Source: a virus. Taken from it: DNA of 64,000 nucleotides. The stretch lies in IMG/VR virus record IMGVR_UViG_3300010399_000001, positions 1 through 64,000 of that record; one strand, given 5' to 3'. Under the pieces are notes generated by a model that saw only the letters and a list, made by a program, of their open reading frames with translations, was not told the DNA's origin and made no database searches. The position numbers were made by a program, and so were the translations under genes. The stretch's first letter is position 1, and each line of letters begins with the position of its first letter. Shown piece after piece: positions 42,836 through 53,178 of the stretch.

Positions 42836-43357
42836 CTACTCGGTCTGCACGTTGGGCGTGCTCTTTGGGTTGTTGATGTCCACCCCCTCCCATGCCTCGG
42901 GTCCGAGCCAGCCGAGCTTGGCGGCGCGGGTCGCCGTCTGCGCGTCCGATCCCTTGCGGTCCTTGTGCTTGGCGTAGTACGCGTCGATCTCTTCGTCGCG
43001 GGCCTTGAGTATGTACCGCTTATGGCCGCGCCGCACGTCGCTCATGTACCCCTGCGTCGCCATCGGTATGTCTGCGGCTATGGTTCGCAGGCTGTAGCCC
43101 TGCACTGCGAGGGCCATCAGCTTCCGTCGCGCTCCGGCGGCGGATCGCAGTGCGCCGATCGGCGGCTTCTTGATGGCCAGGATCTTGTCCTGGGTCTCCC
43201 GCAGGATCAGGTCGCGATCACCGCGCTCGATGGCGCGCACGACGGTCGGAGCGACGCCGCACGCGTCCGAGATGGACGTGCTGTTCGCGCCCTGGGCGAT
43301 CAGGTCCTTGATGTGGGCTTGAGTCCTATCCGCCCGGACCGTCTTGGATCTAGCCAT
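42836..43357 (-). CDS. Double-HTH DNA-binding protein
   Basis: ISDACGVAPTVVRAIERG; RRKLMALAVQGYSLRTIA. Confidence 0.6.
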   Translation of the reverse strand: MARSKTVRADRTQAHIKDLIAQGANSTSISDACGVAPTVVRAIERGDRDLILRETQDKILAIKKPPIGALRSAAGARRKLMALAVQGYSLRTIAADIPMATQGYMSDVRRGHKRYILKARDEEIDAYYAKHKDRKGSDAQTATRAAKLGWLGPEAWEGVDINNPKSTPNVQTE

Positions 43358-46242
43358 TGATCGCTCGCTTCGGCAGGCTCGCCTTGACGCGAGCGACGAC
43401 AGCGGCCAGTGCTTCGAGGGTCAGATGATGCCCTCCCGTTGTAACCATCCTGGCGAAGTCCTCTTCCGTGAAACGATGTCCGCTCTTGGAATGCGCGGGT
43501 TCACCCGTGAACGCGGTCATGTCCCGATCGAACCGGACCTCGCCGTTCGCGACAGTCCAGGTGCCCCACACCCTGCCCATGGTGATCGGGTACTCGTTAT
43601 AGTTCCCGTCATAGAGCATGCTCACCACCTGGCAGTGCAGATCGAGGAACGGGAAGGCCTGCGCTATCGCCTTCCAGTCCTCCGTGATCTCATCGCAGCT
43701 CGGCCACTTGCCGATGTTGTAGTCGGCGCAGCCGATCTTCCCGTTCCAGTCGCACCAGCCATGCGAGCCGCCTATGTAGGAGGTGGCGATGCGGCTGTTG
43801 TCCAGGTAGTGAAGGCGCAGCATGCCCAGCTCATCCATGGACCGATCCTGCCGGTCGAACAGGGAGGAGAGGTAGCCCCTCTCGTCTCGCCGCCCATCGT
43901 CTAGCTCGACGAACGGGTCGAATATCCCCAGAATCTCGCGGGCGGCCTTCTCCCACTCCTGATCGTTGCAGTGCAGGTAGCCGCCGTTGGTTCGGATGAT
44001 GATCTGCTCGGCCTGGTCCCTGGTCACATCCTTGCCATCGACCACGAGGCGTGGCCACTTGTCGTCGTAGTGATCCGGGCGAGCGGGTAATCCGCTCATC
44101 AGTCCCCCTCCTTCCGGTACGGCCAGTGCGGATCATCGGTGAACAGCACCGAGCCGTACGTTTCGTTACCCCAGATGGTGACGTGCTGCGAGCCGCACCG
44201 GCAGTCGATGATCGAGCCGGTAATGCCGACCACATCATCCTCGCTGGTGATGTGACCCACGCAGTCATTGCGCATATCCCTGTCGTCGCATGGCGTCAGC
44301 TTGAAGCCGCCTTCACGCAGGGTCCGCAGAGCCGCCTTCACCGTCTCCAGCGCGTCCAGGAGGGTCGGCTTCGGCTTCATGGCATAGGTTCGCGCCTGCT
44401 CTAGAGTCAGCCCCGTGATGCACGGACCGCCAGCCTCGTGCCGGATGCGGTAGGTGCCGTAGTCCGGGTGTGAAGGATTGCGCACGCGGCTCTTGTGCAG
44501 GATGTAACCCCTACTGCGCACGAGGCGTCGGATTCGGGCCTCGTGCGCAGTAGGGGAGACGGTCTCAGCCACCGATCGCCTCGCGGATGTTGCTCAGGTC
44601 GGTGAGCAGCTCGTCTCTGACGCGATCGACAAGGCCCACCGTGTCCGCCCCCTTGCGGGCCAGCAGCAGCGCCTTGCCGTAGTAGCGCTGGGTTGCTACA
44701 CCCATCGCCACCGCGAGCGCTGTGGCCACCCGATTGACCTGCGGCTCGTCGGTGTTCAGACCCTCGTCATCGATCCACATATCCAGCTCGTCGTCGAGCT
44801 GAACGCAGTCCAGCAGGCTGCATTCCAGGTAGCCGCGCATAGAGGCGAGCTTGTTGGCCTCCTCTACCTCGACGGTGCTGACCGCATCGAAGTCGAGTGT
44901 CGGATTGATCAGGATGCCCTGCATGGTTCCTCCATCTAGATGTGTACGTCCACGGCGATGAGGATTGCATCGCCGGGTAGGTTCTCCAGGTACTCGTTGA
45001 CGAACCTGCGGAAAGTCTCGCGACTGTCCTCGGTGTCGCTAGACATGCCCCACCAGCCCATCTTTCCCGCCTCGCGCCAGACGCCATCGGTACCCAGAAG
45101 CGCGAAGCCGGGGACCGCCCCGGTCCTCGCGATGCGCTCATGCTCGTATCGACTGGCGCTGAAGGTGTCCAGCGGGCACTCCAGCCCGTAGTACAACTTG
45201 CGCTCCCTCAGCTCGGCCAGTAGCGGCTGCTCACGGTAGGCCTTGCGCGCCGTATCGATATCCAGCTCGTTGGAGTCGATCATCTTGCGGAAGTGCGACC
45301 AGGGCTTGCTATCCGGGAACTCCCTGGCGACGGCATGGAACTGGTCATACTCCGCAAGCCTCTCGGCGGCTACCCGATCGCGCTGCGCCTCGAAGTCCAG
45401 CAGGCGCCTCGGCCCACCGTCGCAGCGGTAGGGATCGGAGTTCGCCTCGGTCATCAGGCCTGGCGAGCCGTAGATCAGCTCACCGGAGCCCAGTGCGGAC
45501 GGGATGCAGTTGAAGTATCCAGTCCACCGGCCGCCGATGCTCCACCAGTCCCACCGCGCCCCGGCGATGATCCCGCTACCGTCCTCGCTGGGCACGTCAC
45601 GCGGGTAGGTGCTCCAGGTGAAGGCGCGAAGCCCATCCCCAGTCACTTGCAGCCCCTCCTCCGGGTCGTCCTTGCAGTACTCCGAGTTGTACGCCGCCGC
45701 CACCTCGTGCCAGGTCAGCGTGCCGCCACGCAGCTTCCCCGCCTCGCGCAGTTCCTTCACGCACCAGTGGCTGTCCGCAGTCCCGCCCTCGTACTCCTCG
45801 TACTGCTCATCCCGCTTGTTCTCGTCGAACGGCGCGAGCGCCTCGGTGAGACGATCCTCGACGGGAGTGTCGTCATCCTCGTCGGTGACGGGTGGCAGGC
45901 AGACGATGGTCACTGAATGGGACATGCGGACTCCATTTGCTACGTGGCGGGATCACCCGCCTTCAGATAAGGGGTGCCGAGAATCGGCAGTAGCTTGTCC
46001 AGGGATTCACGCAGACCGTCCATCCGTCCGCTCACATTGAGCGCGAGGAGCTGGCCCGTGGTCCTGGTGGGGTTGGCCCTGTTCTGTTCACAGAGCCACA
46101 GATAGTTGACCTTGAGGCGGTTGAATTCCTCGATCAGGTCCCACAGGGTCCTGGCGGTCAGATCTTCGAAGACATCGAAGACGTAGGTCTGGTCGTTGTA
46201 CTCGCTCTCGACCTTGCCGTCCGTAGCAAGCTTGGCGTCCAT
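43350..46242 (-). other. Run of hypothetical genes, including DUF3846-like 44565-44924 and 44936-45925
   Basis: DMWIDDEGL...YYGKALLL in 44565-44924; promoter motif at 46274. Confidence 0.55.
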
Positions 46243-46324
46243 GGCTCCCTCTCTCGCGCGCTCGCGCTATTGAGAGCAGCGTAGCATATGCCAAGCGCTT
46301 GACACACGCGAGAGAGGGTCGCCA

Positions 46325-46972
46325 CTAACGACCGCTTCTTGCCGCTTCCATCACCTCGGTCCACAGTCCGAGATCCAGATCATGCTTACCGCCATCCAGG
46401 TCCTTCATGTCGTCATCGGTGAGGTGGGGAAGCTCATCGAAGTCCCAGAAGGCGATCAGCCGAACTGGGTAGTAGCGATCTTCCTCCTCACTTACGTTGC
46501 TCTCCTCTCCGCCGAGGAAGGCGAAGCGACCTGCTGCATGGGGGGTTTTCTGAAAGCCCTTATAGACCTCCAGGATGCGCGCATCGAAGTCGACCAGGTA
46601 TCCCCACTCGCAGAACAGCGAGTCGATCGGGAAGGTGCTGGCGTCCTCGTAGAGACCTGCATCCAGCATCGCCTGCGGATCGCCCTGGGTGTGGCGCAGC
46701 AGTTGGTACCAGCTGATGCGCCCGGTCGGAGTGGGACCTCCGACGCCGGGATCGAGATACTCGTGCAGACACCGAAGCTCCTCGTCGGTCGGTGGGGTCT
46801 CGTCGTCTACGGCGCGCAGGGCTGCCGCCGCGACCTTTGCCTGCGCAAGATCCGCAGTGCGCAGCCATCCCAGTACGTTGCAACCAAGAAAGCTCGGATA
46901 CGAATCGTAGTGGTTGTATGCGATGGAGGTCTTGCCATCGGCCGTGAAGCCTAGGAAACCGCGAGTACCCAT
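46325..46972 (-). CDS. Hypothetical phage protein
   Basis: MGTRG...YNHYDSYPSFLG...FCEWGYLVDFD. Confidence 0.6.
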   Translation of the reverse strand: MGTRGFLGFTADGKTSIAYNHYDSYPSFLGCNVLGWLRTADLAQAKVAAAALRAVDDETPPTDEELRCLHEYLDPGVGGPTPTGRISWYQLLRHTQGDPQAMLDAGLYEDASTFPIDSLFCEWGYLVDFDARILEVYKGFQKTPHAAGRFAFLGGEESNVSEEEDRYYPVRLIAFWDFDELPHLTDDDMKDLDGGKHDLDLGLWTEVMEAARSGR

Positions 46973-47000
46973 ATCAGTCCTCACTCTGGGAGATGTTGCG

Positions 47001-47132
47001 CGGGCTGGGCAGGACTCGAACCTGCCTAGGCGGGCCGTCGCCCTATTTGGCCACCCTGGTAGTGGGGAATCGAACCCCTCCTGCTCGCCGAGAGCACGCC
47101 GGAATCGAACCGGCTACCTTTCCATTCAGCCC
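47001..47132 (-). ncRNA. tRNA-like RNA with three T-arms
   Basis: GGGCTG/CAGCCC closing stem; T-arms at 47098-47114, 47064-47078 and 47009-47025. Confidence 0.65.
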
Positions 47133-47135
47133 TAG

Positions 47136-47227
47136 AGCCCATGGCAGGATTCGAACCTGCGATGAGGGGTCATGACTTCCCTCTCGGCACCGGGGACCCG
47201 ATGCCCGACCGCCTGCGGTCCATGGGC
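47136..47227 (-). ncRNA. tRNA-like RNA (non-canonical D and anticodon arms)
   Basis: GCCCATG/CATGGGC acceptor, GCAGG-TTCGAAT-CCTGC T-arm, three internal hairpins with no canonical anticodon loop. Confidence 0.6.
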
Positions 47228-47254
47228 GTGAATGCGCGCTGTTTCTGCACACCG

Positions 47255-47327
47255 CGCTCCTGGCGGGATTTGAACCCGCGGCCACCGCCGTGACAGGGCG
47301 GCGCTCTGACCTCTGAGCTACAGGAGC
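47255..47327 (-). tRNA. tRNA-Asp(GTC)
   Basis: Canonical cloverleaf, loop CTGTCAC, G73, no encoded CCA. Confidence 0.9.
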
Positions 47328-47998
47328 AAACCTTTGGGGCTACTCGCCATTCATGATGCGCTCGATCTTGGCGGTATCCTCGACGCTCACCCAGTCATCG
47401 CCGAACTTCACGTACATCAGCTTGCCCCTGATGCGGTGCTCGTGATCTCTCGCCGCCTCCTCGATGAACGCACGGGCATCATGACCGGTCCTGCGCTTGC
47501 CCGGCGTGGTCGCGTTGGGCGTCGATTTGTTCTTTCCGAACATAGTTCACCTCCTGCCAGCGTTGCATGGCACTTCCAAATGGTCGGTCAGATCCCACGC
47601 ATGGGTCCGATCACCCTCACGGGCCATCGGGTCGCGCTCACACGCCTCGATGACTTTGTGATAGCGCGTCATAGCCTCGACGCGCGAGTCGAATGCAACG
47701 ATGATCGTCTCGTGCTTGCCAGCCCCGAGGGCGACCAGGGCGTAGCCGGGACCGAAGCCCGAGTCGAAGAACGGATGAACCCGCAGATCCGCATAGACGT
47801 GGCCGCTGGCCTGGTCGAATGTGACGCTGCGGGCTATCGGTGAGGTCCTGCCGACCGACAGCATGATCCACTGCCTCTCGACTCCATCGATATCCGGGGG
47901 CACGTTGGGGTGCGATATCAAGCGCTCCATGTCAAGCTCCTTGCATCTGCGAGGCTTTCCTGCATGTGAGCATCGTAGCACATGCGCGCGAGAGAGCG

Positions 47999-48373
47999 CT
48001 ACTCCCAGAGCGCTTTGTATGAGCCCTCGGATGTAAGGAGCCTGAAACCCTTGCCGTGGATACGGGCAGGTATGGCTCGTGAGTCCTGACCTGAATAAAG
48101 AAGGTAACCGTCCTGGTATGCCTGACTCCTGTTGGATTCCAGAGCGCCATGGCAGCCGGTGGTACCGCTGCCGCATACCAGCATCAGGTTGGAGGGATCA
48201 TTGATCATAGGATCGGACGTGCCGCCCATCCTTCGCGGCTTGCGATGGTGGACGGAGACCATACCGATGTTCACGTCCTTGCCGCATATCTCGCAGCACC
48301 CCATCGCGCGTCCCCATACAGACGAGCGCACCACCTGACTCGGCCCTGTGGGTGCCTTGCGACGCCTCAGCAT
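47999..48373 (-). CDS. HNH endonuclease
   Basis: CEICG...HHRKPR...NLMLVCG...CHG. Confidence 0.85.
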   Translation of the reverse strand: MLRRRKAPTGPSQVVRSSVWGRAMGCCEICGKDVNIGMVSVHHRKPRRMGGTSDPMINDPSNLMLVCGSGTTGCHGALESNRSQAYQDGYLLYSGQDSRAIPARIHGKGFRLLTSEGSYKALWE

Positions 48374-48651
48374 GCGGTCACCGCGCGAGTGCCGCCCTTG
48401 CGCTCGCTACCGCGCCATATGTGACCGCCAGCTATCCCCTCGAAAGCGCGGTCGGCCTTGGCCCAGGCGTAGCACTCCCTGCGCACTTCGCAACGCGAAC
48501 ACATCTCGCGCGCCTGGACGTACATCGAATCGGTCTTACAACTCGGTACATCGAACATCTCCGGATAGGCGATGCCCGCGCACGCCGCTCTCTCGCGCCA
48601 GTAGGTTCCGGTCATTACTGTCGCAACCTGGTCGCGGGATAGCGCGTGCAT
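48367..48651 (-). CDS. whiB: WhiB-family Fe-S transcription factor
   Basis: W..RAAC...MF...AREMCSRCEVRREC...GIAGG. Confidence 0.85.
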   Translation of the reverse strand: MHALSRDQVATVMTGTYWRERAACAGIAYPEMFDVPSCKTDSMYVQAREMCSRCEVRRECYAWAKADRAFEGIAGGHIWRGSERKGGTRAVTAC

Positions 48652-48928
48652 GAGTTCTCCTAGGCCGTGTACCGCATCTGCCTCTTCGCGCCGCGCACCG
48701 CCTCGCGAGCGGCTGCGGCCATCTGAGAGCGGAAGTACGGATCGGCCACGGAGCCATGCGGCGGGGGCGGGCGGCTATCGCGTGGCAGCGGTACCCGCCA
48801 ACCCTCCGCGCGCATGGCATCGATGATGATGGTCGCCCGTCGACCCGGTTCGTCCACTCCCCATAGATCGTAGACTTCTTCGAGGTGACGAGCTAGAGCG
48901 CCCCATGCGGCCTCTACCTCGGGAGCGC

Positions 48929-49324
48929 TCACACCATTTCCAGCCCAGCGGACTTCAGTGCGGCCTGATACAGCTGGCCGTATTCGTCGCGGTGGCGCTC
49001 ACGCAGCTCGGCGAGGGCGCGATACTGGGCAGCGGAGCGAGCGGATCGCCGCTCGCGCACTTGATCATCGGTGGCGTACATCGCCACCCGATCGGCTTCC
49101 TTCGCCCGCGTCTTTACGGTGGAGGTAGCCTTCCGGCGGTTGCGCTGGTGCTCCTGCTGGCAGGGGATGCACCACGAGTGACGGCGAACCTGGCCGGTCT
49201 TGCGGTCCTGAATGGTCCTGAACATCTTGAGCGGCTTAGGGTCGCCGCACTTGGTGCACTTCTTCTTCGCGCCCTTACTCTGACTATCAGTCAGATCCTG
49301 GGTGCGATCCAACACTTCGGTCAT
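48929..49324 (-). CDS. Zn-ribbon protein
   Basis: KKCTKCG...WCIPC. Confidence 0.55.
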   Translation of the reverse strand: MTEVLDRTQDLTDSQSKGAKKKCTKCGDPKPLKMFRTIQDRKTGQVRRHSWCIPCQQEHQRNRRKATSTVKTRAKEADRVAMYATDDQVRERRSARSAAQYRALAELRERHRDEYGQLYQAALKSAGLEMV

Positions 49325-49401
49325 ACGGCCTCCTCGGCGGTAGGTAGCCCCTCCGAGTAATGTAGCTCATTATGATCTAAGTCCGATATCTACCTTTCGA
49401 T

Positions 49402-50787
49402 CTAGCTCTCTCGGCATACCCGGCAGACCCCACTGGCGGGACCGATGCCGTCTACGAACGGAGCCTCGCACTCCCGGCAGAGAGCGCGAGCCCTAGGAGC
49501 CACGCTGAGGGGCTGGCAGCGCTGCCCCTCGCTATGCCCCGCAATCGCTGCCTTGAAGCGCTCAGCATCGCTCTGAGCCGCTCTCTTGGCAGCAGCGCGG
49601 GCGAGCCTGCGCTCTCGGCAAGCGGTGCAGGATTCGCCGGGGCATCGGCGGGTGTAATCCCACTGGAGCCCGTCTTCGCAGCCCAGGTCTGCGCACCCAT
49701 CAGGGCGGCGAAGGGCGAAGCGCAGGAATCTTGCCAGGCCATCAGCTCCGGGCTTGCGGTACAGCTCTCCGCACTCCAGGCGCAGCACCGCATTGGAGAC
49801 CCGGTAGACCAGGCGTTCCACCGGGGTACCCCGATCGATCTCGCGAGCTATCCAACCGTTCGCGCAGCGCCCCATACCCGCAGCCGCGACCTGCTCCCCG
49901 ATGTTGGCCCCGAATGCGCGGCGAACAGAGGCGACATCCTTGCGATCGATCGATGGCATTGCCCGTTCGCCTCGCGCACGCGTCCGAGAAAGCGCACCTG
50001 CGGTGCGAACGGGACCATCGCATCCATCCTTAGAACGAGAGAGATCATCAGAAGGTGAGATAGAGCTATCTAGGGTGTTGTCTAAGGCTCGTGCACCAGC
50101 TTGCGGCATCTGCGTCTCCACCTGCGCGTTTGCGGGATTATGCTGCGGAATCGAGCTACTAAAAGCGTGGCTAGAAATGTTCTGAGCCCTCATCAGGGCG
50201 GCAAGATCCGAGGCGATCCATCCGCGCTGAGTCATCGATGCCAGGCTCTTGGCGACGGTCGCGGCAGACACGGAGCGACCAGAGCAAGTGCGGGTGAGTG
50301 CCGCCATCGCCTCGCAGTCCAGGGCTGGGGCGCCCGCCAGCTCGCGATGCAGGCCGATGGCCAGAAGAAGATACTCGCGAGGGGTCAGGGCTGGGGCGTC
50401 GTCCGCTCCACCGAGCGGACCGAACGGCAGCGGGCACCAGCGCTCGGTGGAGGCGACGCGCACACCGTCATCGCTGATCTCTACGTAGGGGGAAGCCAGT
50501 GCCGCACGCACCAGGGGAACGGATACCTTCAGCTGCCTTGCGATCTCAGTCGGTGGCAGCGAGCACCAATCACGAATCCACTTGCCGCCGCTGCGGACGA
50601 TGGAGCGCTGACCGATGAGGGCGAAGACCATCAGAGCGCCCTCGGGAAGATCCCGGTCGTAGATCGCAGCGGTCGGAGCCTTCACGAACCGATGCGACTG
50701 GTAGGCGTCCTGACGGTAGCCGCACTTGGAGTACCGGGTCCTGCGGTCACGCAGGATGGACACCCTCCGTGGTCGACTCGCGGCCAC
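49402..50787 (-). CDS. Putative replication-initiator-like protein (HTH, C-terminal Cys pairs)
   Basis: HTH-like N-terminal segments, low-complexity linker and C-terminal CxxC pairs, as in actinophage RepA-like proteins; start uncertain. Confidence 0.45.
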   Translation of the reverse strand: MAASRPRRVSILRDRRTRYSKCGYRQDAYQSHRFVKAPTAAIYDRDLPEGALMVFALIGQRSIVRSGGKWIRDWCSLPPTEIARQLKVSVPLVRAALASPYVEISDDGVRVASTERWCPLPFGPLGGADDAPALTPREYLLLAIGLHRELAGAPALDCEAMAALTRTCSGRSVSAATVAKSLASMTQRGWIASDLAALMRAQNISSHAFSSSIPQHNPANAQVETQMPQAGARALDNTLDSSISPSDDLSRSKDGCDGPVRTAGALSRTRARGERAMPSIDRKDVASVRRAFGANIGEQVAAAGMGRCANGWIAREIDRGTPVERLVYRVSNAVLRLECGELYRKPGADGLARFLRFALRRPDGCADLGCEDGLQWDYTRRCPGESCTACRERRLARAAAKRAAQSDAERFKAAIAGHSEGQRCQPLSVAPRARALCRECEAPFVDGIGPASGVCRVCRES

Positions 50788-51035
50788 GGGAATGGATAGT
50801 ACGGCGGGGACTGGAGGTGGAAAGGGTCTGCATGCTAACCTCCGATTACACGTTTGGTTGCGCTCTCCGTTGGGCTCGGACAGTGCGCGGAAAGCCCCCT
50901 GGCAATAGGGGGCTTTCTGGTGTCTGGAGCCGGAGCGCTAAGCGAGCATAACCCGCTGAGCATCAAGGGCGCACTCTCCACCCCCTTCCATGCATTTTCG
51001 CAGGTGGGAGCTTGTTTTGGAGAGTGCGCCCTAGC

Positions 51036-51563
51036 TTACGCCGCCTCGGCCTCTCGCGCCAGGCCGCGCTCATTCCGGCCATAGACGCGCTGAGACTTCT
51101 TCTTGGCTAATGCCCTTAGCCCATTGGCTAGGACCTCTAGCGCTTCGGACTTGCGGCTTGCGGGGCGGCAGCAGCCGTCGCAGCCGTGGACCTGCCAGAC
51201 ATCGCGCCTGTCGTACCGCGCGAGCCAGTCCAGAGAGTCCGGGTCGGGATGACCCACCCCGTGCGGGCAGATGCGCTCGCTCAGGGTCAGCTTCATCCCG
51301 TTGCGTACCACCTGGCGATCCATGCGGTGAACCAGCGGCCAGTGGTTCATGTGGTGATTGGAGGGATTGTGGATGCAGCATCGCTGCCCCGCGCAGACCG
51401 AGGGGCTGTGGGTGTGCAGGACCGGACGACTATGGATCTCCTGATCCGGACCATCCTTGCCGAGGATGGCGCTGATTTGATAGTCGTCGAAGATCATTGC
51501 ATTGGCGATCCTGATGCCATCCCATGAACCGGACATGCTCACTGCCTGCTCCCCTCCGCCCAT
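51036..51563 (-). CDS. Cys/His-rich metal-binding protein
   Basis: CCIHNPSNHHM...ERICPHGVGHPDPD...HGCDGCC. Confidence 0.6.
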   Translation of the reverse strand: MGGGEQAVSMSGSWDGIRIANAMIFDDYQISAILGKDGPDQEIHSRPVLHTHSPSVCAGQRCCIHNPSNHHMNHWPLVHRMDRQVVRNGMKLTLSERICPHGVGHPDPDSLDWLARYDRRDVWQVHGCDGCCRPASRKSEALEVLANGLRALAKKKSQRVYGRNERGLAREAEAA

Positions 51564-52075
51564 CGGCGGACGTTGCCGAGGTGCTTATCGGTGATACCGG
51601 TGCGAGGACTGACCGGCTCGTAGAGGGTCGGCGCGATCATACGGTCCCGCATTCCGGCCTCGGTCAGATCCATCGGGGTGAACTCGTCATCCAGCCATGC
51701 GTACGGGCGATGGCGGACATACTCCTCCACGCTCGGCCGCTTCCAGATCCGCAGGGGATCGCCCCGCTGCCACACGCACTCGATGGTCGGTAACTGCGGC
51801 AGACCCAGGATGGGGGCGATCAGCTTGTTTGCCAGATCGTTCCACGCGGTAGCCCAGACTAGATCCACAACGTCGGTCAGCTCAAGAAGCTGCCTGCCGT
51901 GATCGGGATTGAGCCACACCCGGATGCCACCCTTGACCCACGGGCGGCCGAGTGGATCGGTGAATGCCCCGCTGAGCAGGCGGTGCGTCTGGAATCCCGG
52001 CGGCCTGCGGGTCGGCTTGGCCGCGTAGGGGTTGAGCGGACCGTCCACATCGATCAGCAATAGCGGCTTGTTCAT
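51539..52075 (-). CDS. HAD-superfamily phosphatase (RNA-repair-associated type)
   Basis: LLLIDVDGPLN motif I; WATAW; AWLDDE motif. Confidence 0.85.
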   Translation of the reverse strand: MNKPLLLIDVDGPLNPYAAKPTRRPPGFQTHRLLSGAFTDPLGRPWVKGGIRVWLNPDHGRQLLELTDVVDLVWATAWNDLANKLIAPILGLPQLPTIECVWQRGDPLRIWKRPSVEEYVRHRPYAWLDDEFTPMDLTEAGMRDRMIAPTLYEPVSPRTGITDKHLGNVRRWAEGSRQ

Positions 52076-52076
52076 C

Positions 52077-53039
52077 TCAGAAGTCTCCGTACTCGACCTG
52101 GTGGCAGGGCAGCTTGTAGACCAGCCGCCACAGATCGACCACCTGGTTGCGGTCGTCATAGACGGCCTCGACGTTGTAGCGGCCTCGGATGTTCTGCTCG
52201 AACAGCTGCGACTTGACCACGAAGTCCGGCCGCCTGTCCCCAGTGGGGCGCATGTGCAGGTCGCTGTACTTGATGTTGTGGGCTCGCAGCCACGCCTCGG
52301 TCTGCCTGCGGTACTCCTCCTGGCGGCCGGACAGAAGGATGATCTTGATCTCGCCGTCGACGTACGGGTAGATGTCGATCAGATTGGCAACTGCCTCGTT
52401 CAGGCTGTCGGTCTCCAGCTCCTCCAGGTCGTAGGGACCCCTATCCGCATGCTTCGCCAGGGTGCCGTCGATATCGAACAGCACGCACCAGGGCAGATCA
52501 TCGTCGATAACGCAGGGCTGAACTGGGCGGATCAGGTCACGCCACTCGTTCATCCACTCATCGGTCAGCTTCCAGCCGTCCTTGCGGGTGGACTGATGGC
52601 GCTCCCACATACCCCGGATGACCGACTCGCCCACTCGCTCCCCATCGCGCCGCCCGGCGTCCACGGCGATGCACTCCTCGACCGTCATATCAGTCAGGTC
52701 GTGAACCCGGAAGATCACATTGCGGGTGGAGAGGGTCGTGCGGTACCGATTGGGCAGCTTGTAGCCCATGTGGGTGTTGTCGATCACCACGTCGTATCCG
52801 GCGTCCACCGCGCTCATGACGCCGCGCAGCATGGCCTTCTGAACCACCTTCTCGATGGCGTCATCCCATCTGGGGATGCTCATCATCCGGCGGTAGTCGT
52901 CCAGATTGAAGCGCATGGCCGAGATGCTGCGAGCGTACGTGCTCTTGCCAGAGCCGGGCAGGCCGTGCATCACATGGATCACCACCTCCTTACTGGATGG
53001 ATCGTGACGCGGATCAGCCGCGAGATCGTAGACGCGCAT
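52077..53039 (-). CDS. pseT: Polynucleotide 5'-kinase/3'-phosphatase (T4 PseT/Pnkp-like)
   Basis: P-loop GLPGSGKSTY, DDYR; C-terminal HAD FDIDGTLA, SGR, K, DDR. Confidence 0.92.
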   Translation of the reverse strand: MRVYDLAADPRHDPSSKEVVIHVMHGLPGSGKSTYARSISAMRFNLDDYRRMMSIPRWDDAIEKVVQKAMLRGVMSAVDAGYDVVIDNTHMGYKLPNRYRTTLSTRNVIFRVHDLTDMTVEECIAVDAGRRDGERVGESVIRGMWERHQSTRKDGWKLTDEWMNEWRDLIRPVQPCVIDDDLPWCVLFDIDGTLAKHADRGPYDLEELETDSLNEAVANLIDIYPYVDGEIKIILLSGRQEEYRRQTEAWLRAHNIKYSDLHMRPTGDRRPDFVVKSQLFEQNIRGRYNVEAVYDDRNQVVDLWRLVYKLPCHQVEYGDF

Positions 53040-53127
53040 AGGTGTCTCCCGTCAGATGCAAGCGCTAGAGCGCTCCTAGCTTTATATAGAGTATTGTAGC
53101 ATGTGCTTTAGATGAAGCTTGGATGTG

Positions 53128-53167
53128 CAGCTGCCCCGCTCTCAGGCCTGCGAGAGCGGGGCAGCTG
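53128..53167. terminator. Hairpin terminator after the Ro60 gene
   Basis: CAGCTGCCCCGCTCTC...GAGAGCGGGGCAGCTG inverted repeat. Confidence 0.65.
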
Positions 53168-53178
53168 TATCAGCTCTG

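Noticed and set aside
46914-47285. ORFs overlapping the tRNA-like cluster
   Set aside because: The region is better explained by structured RNAs
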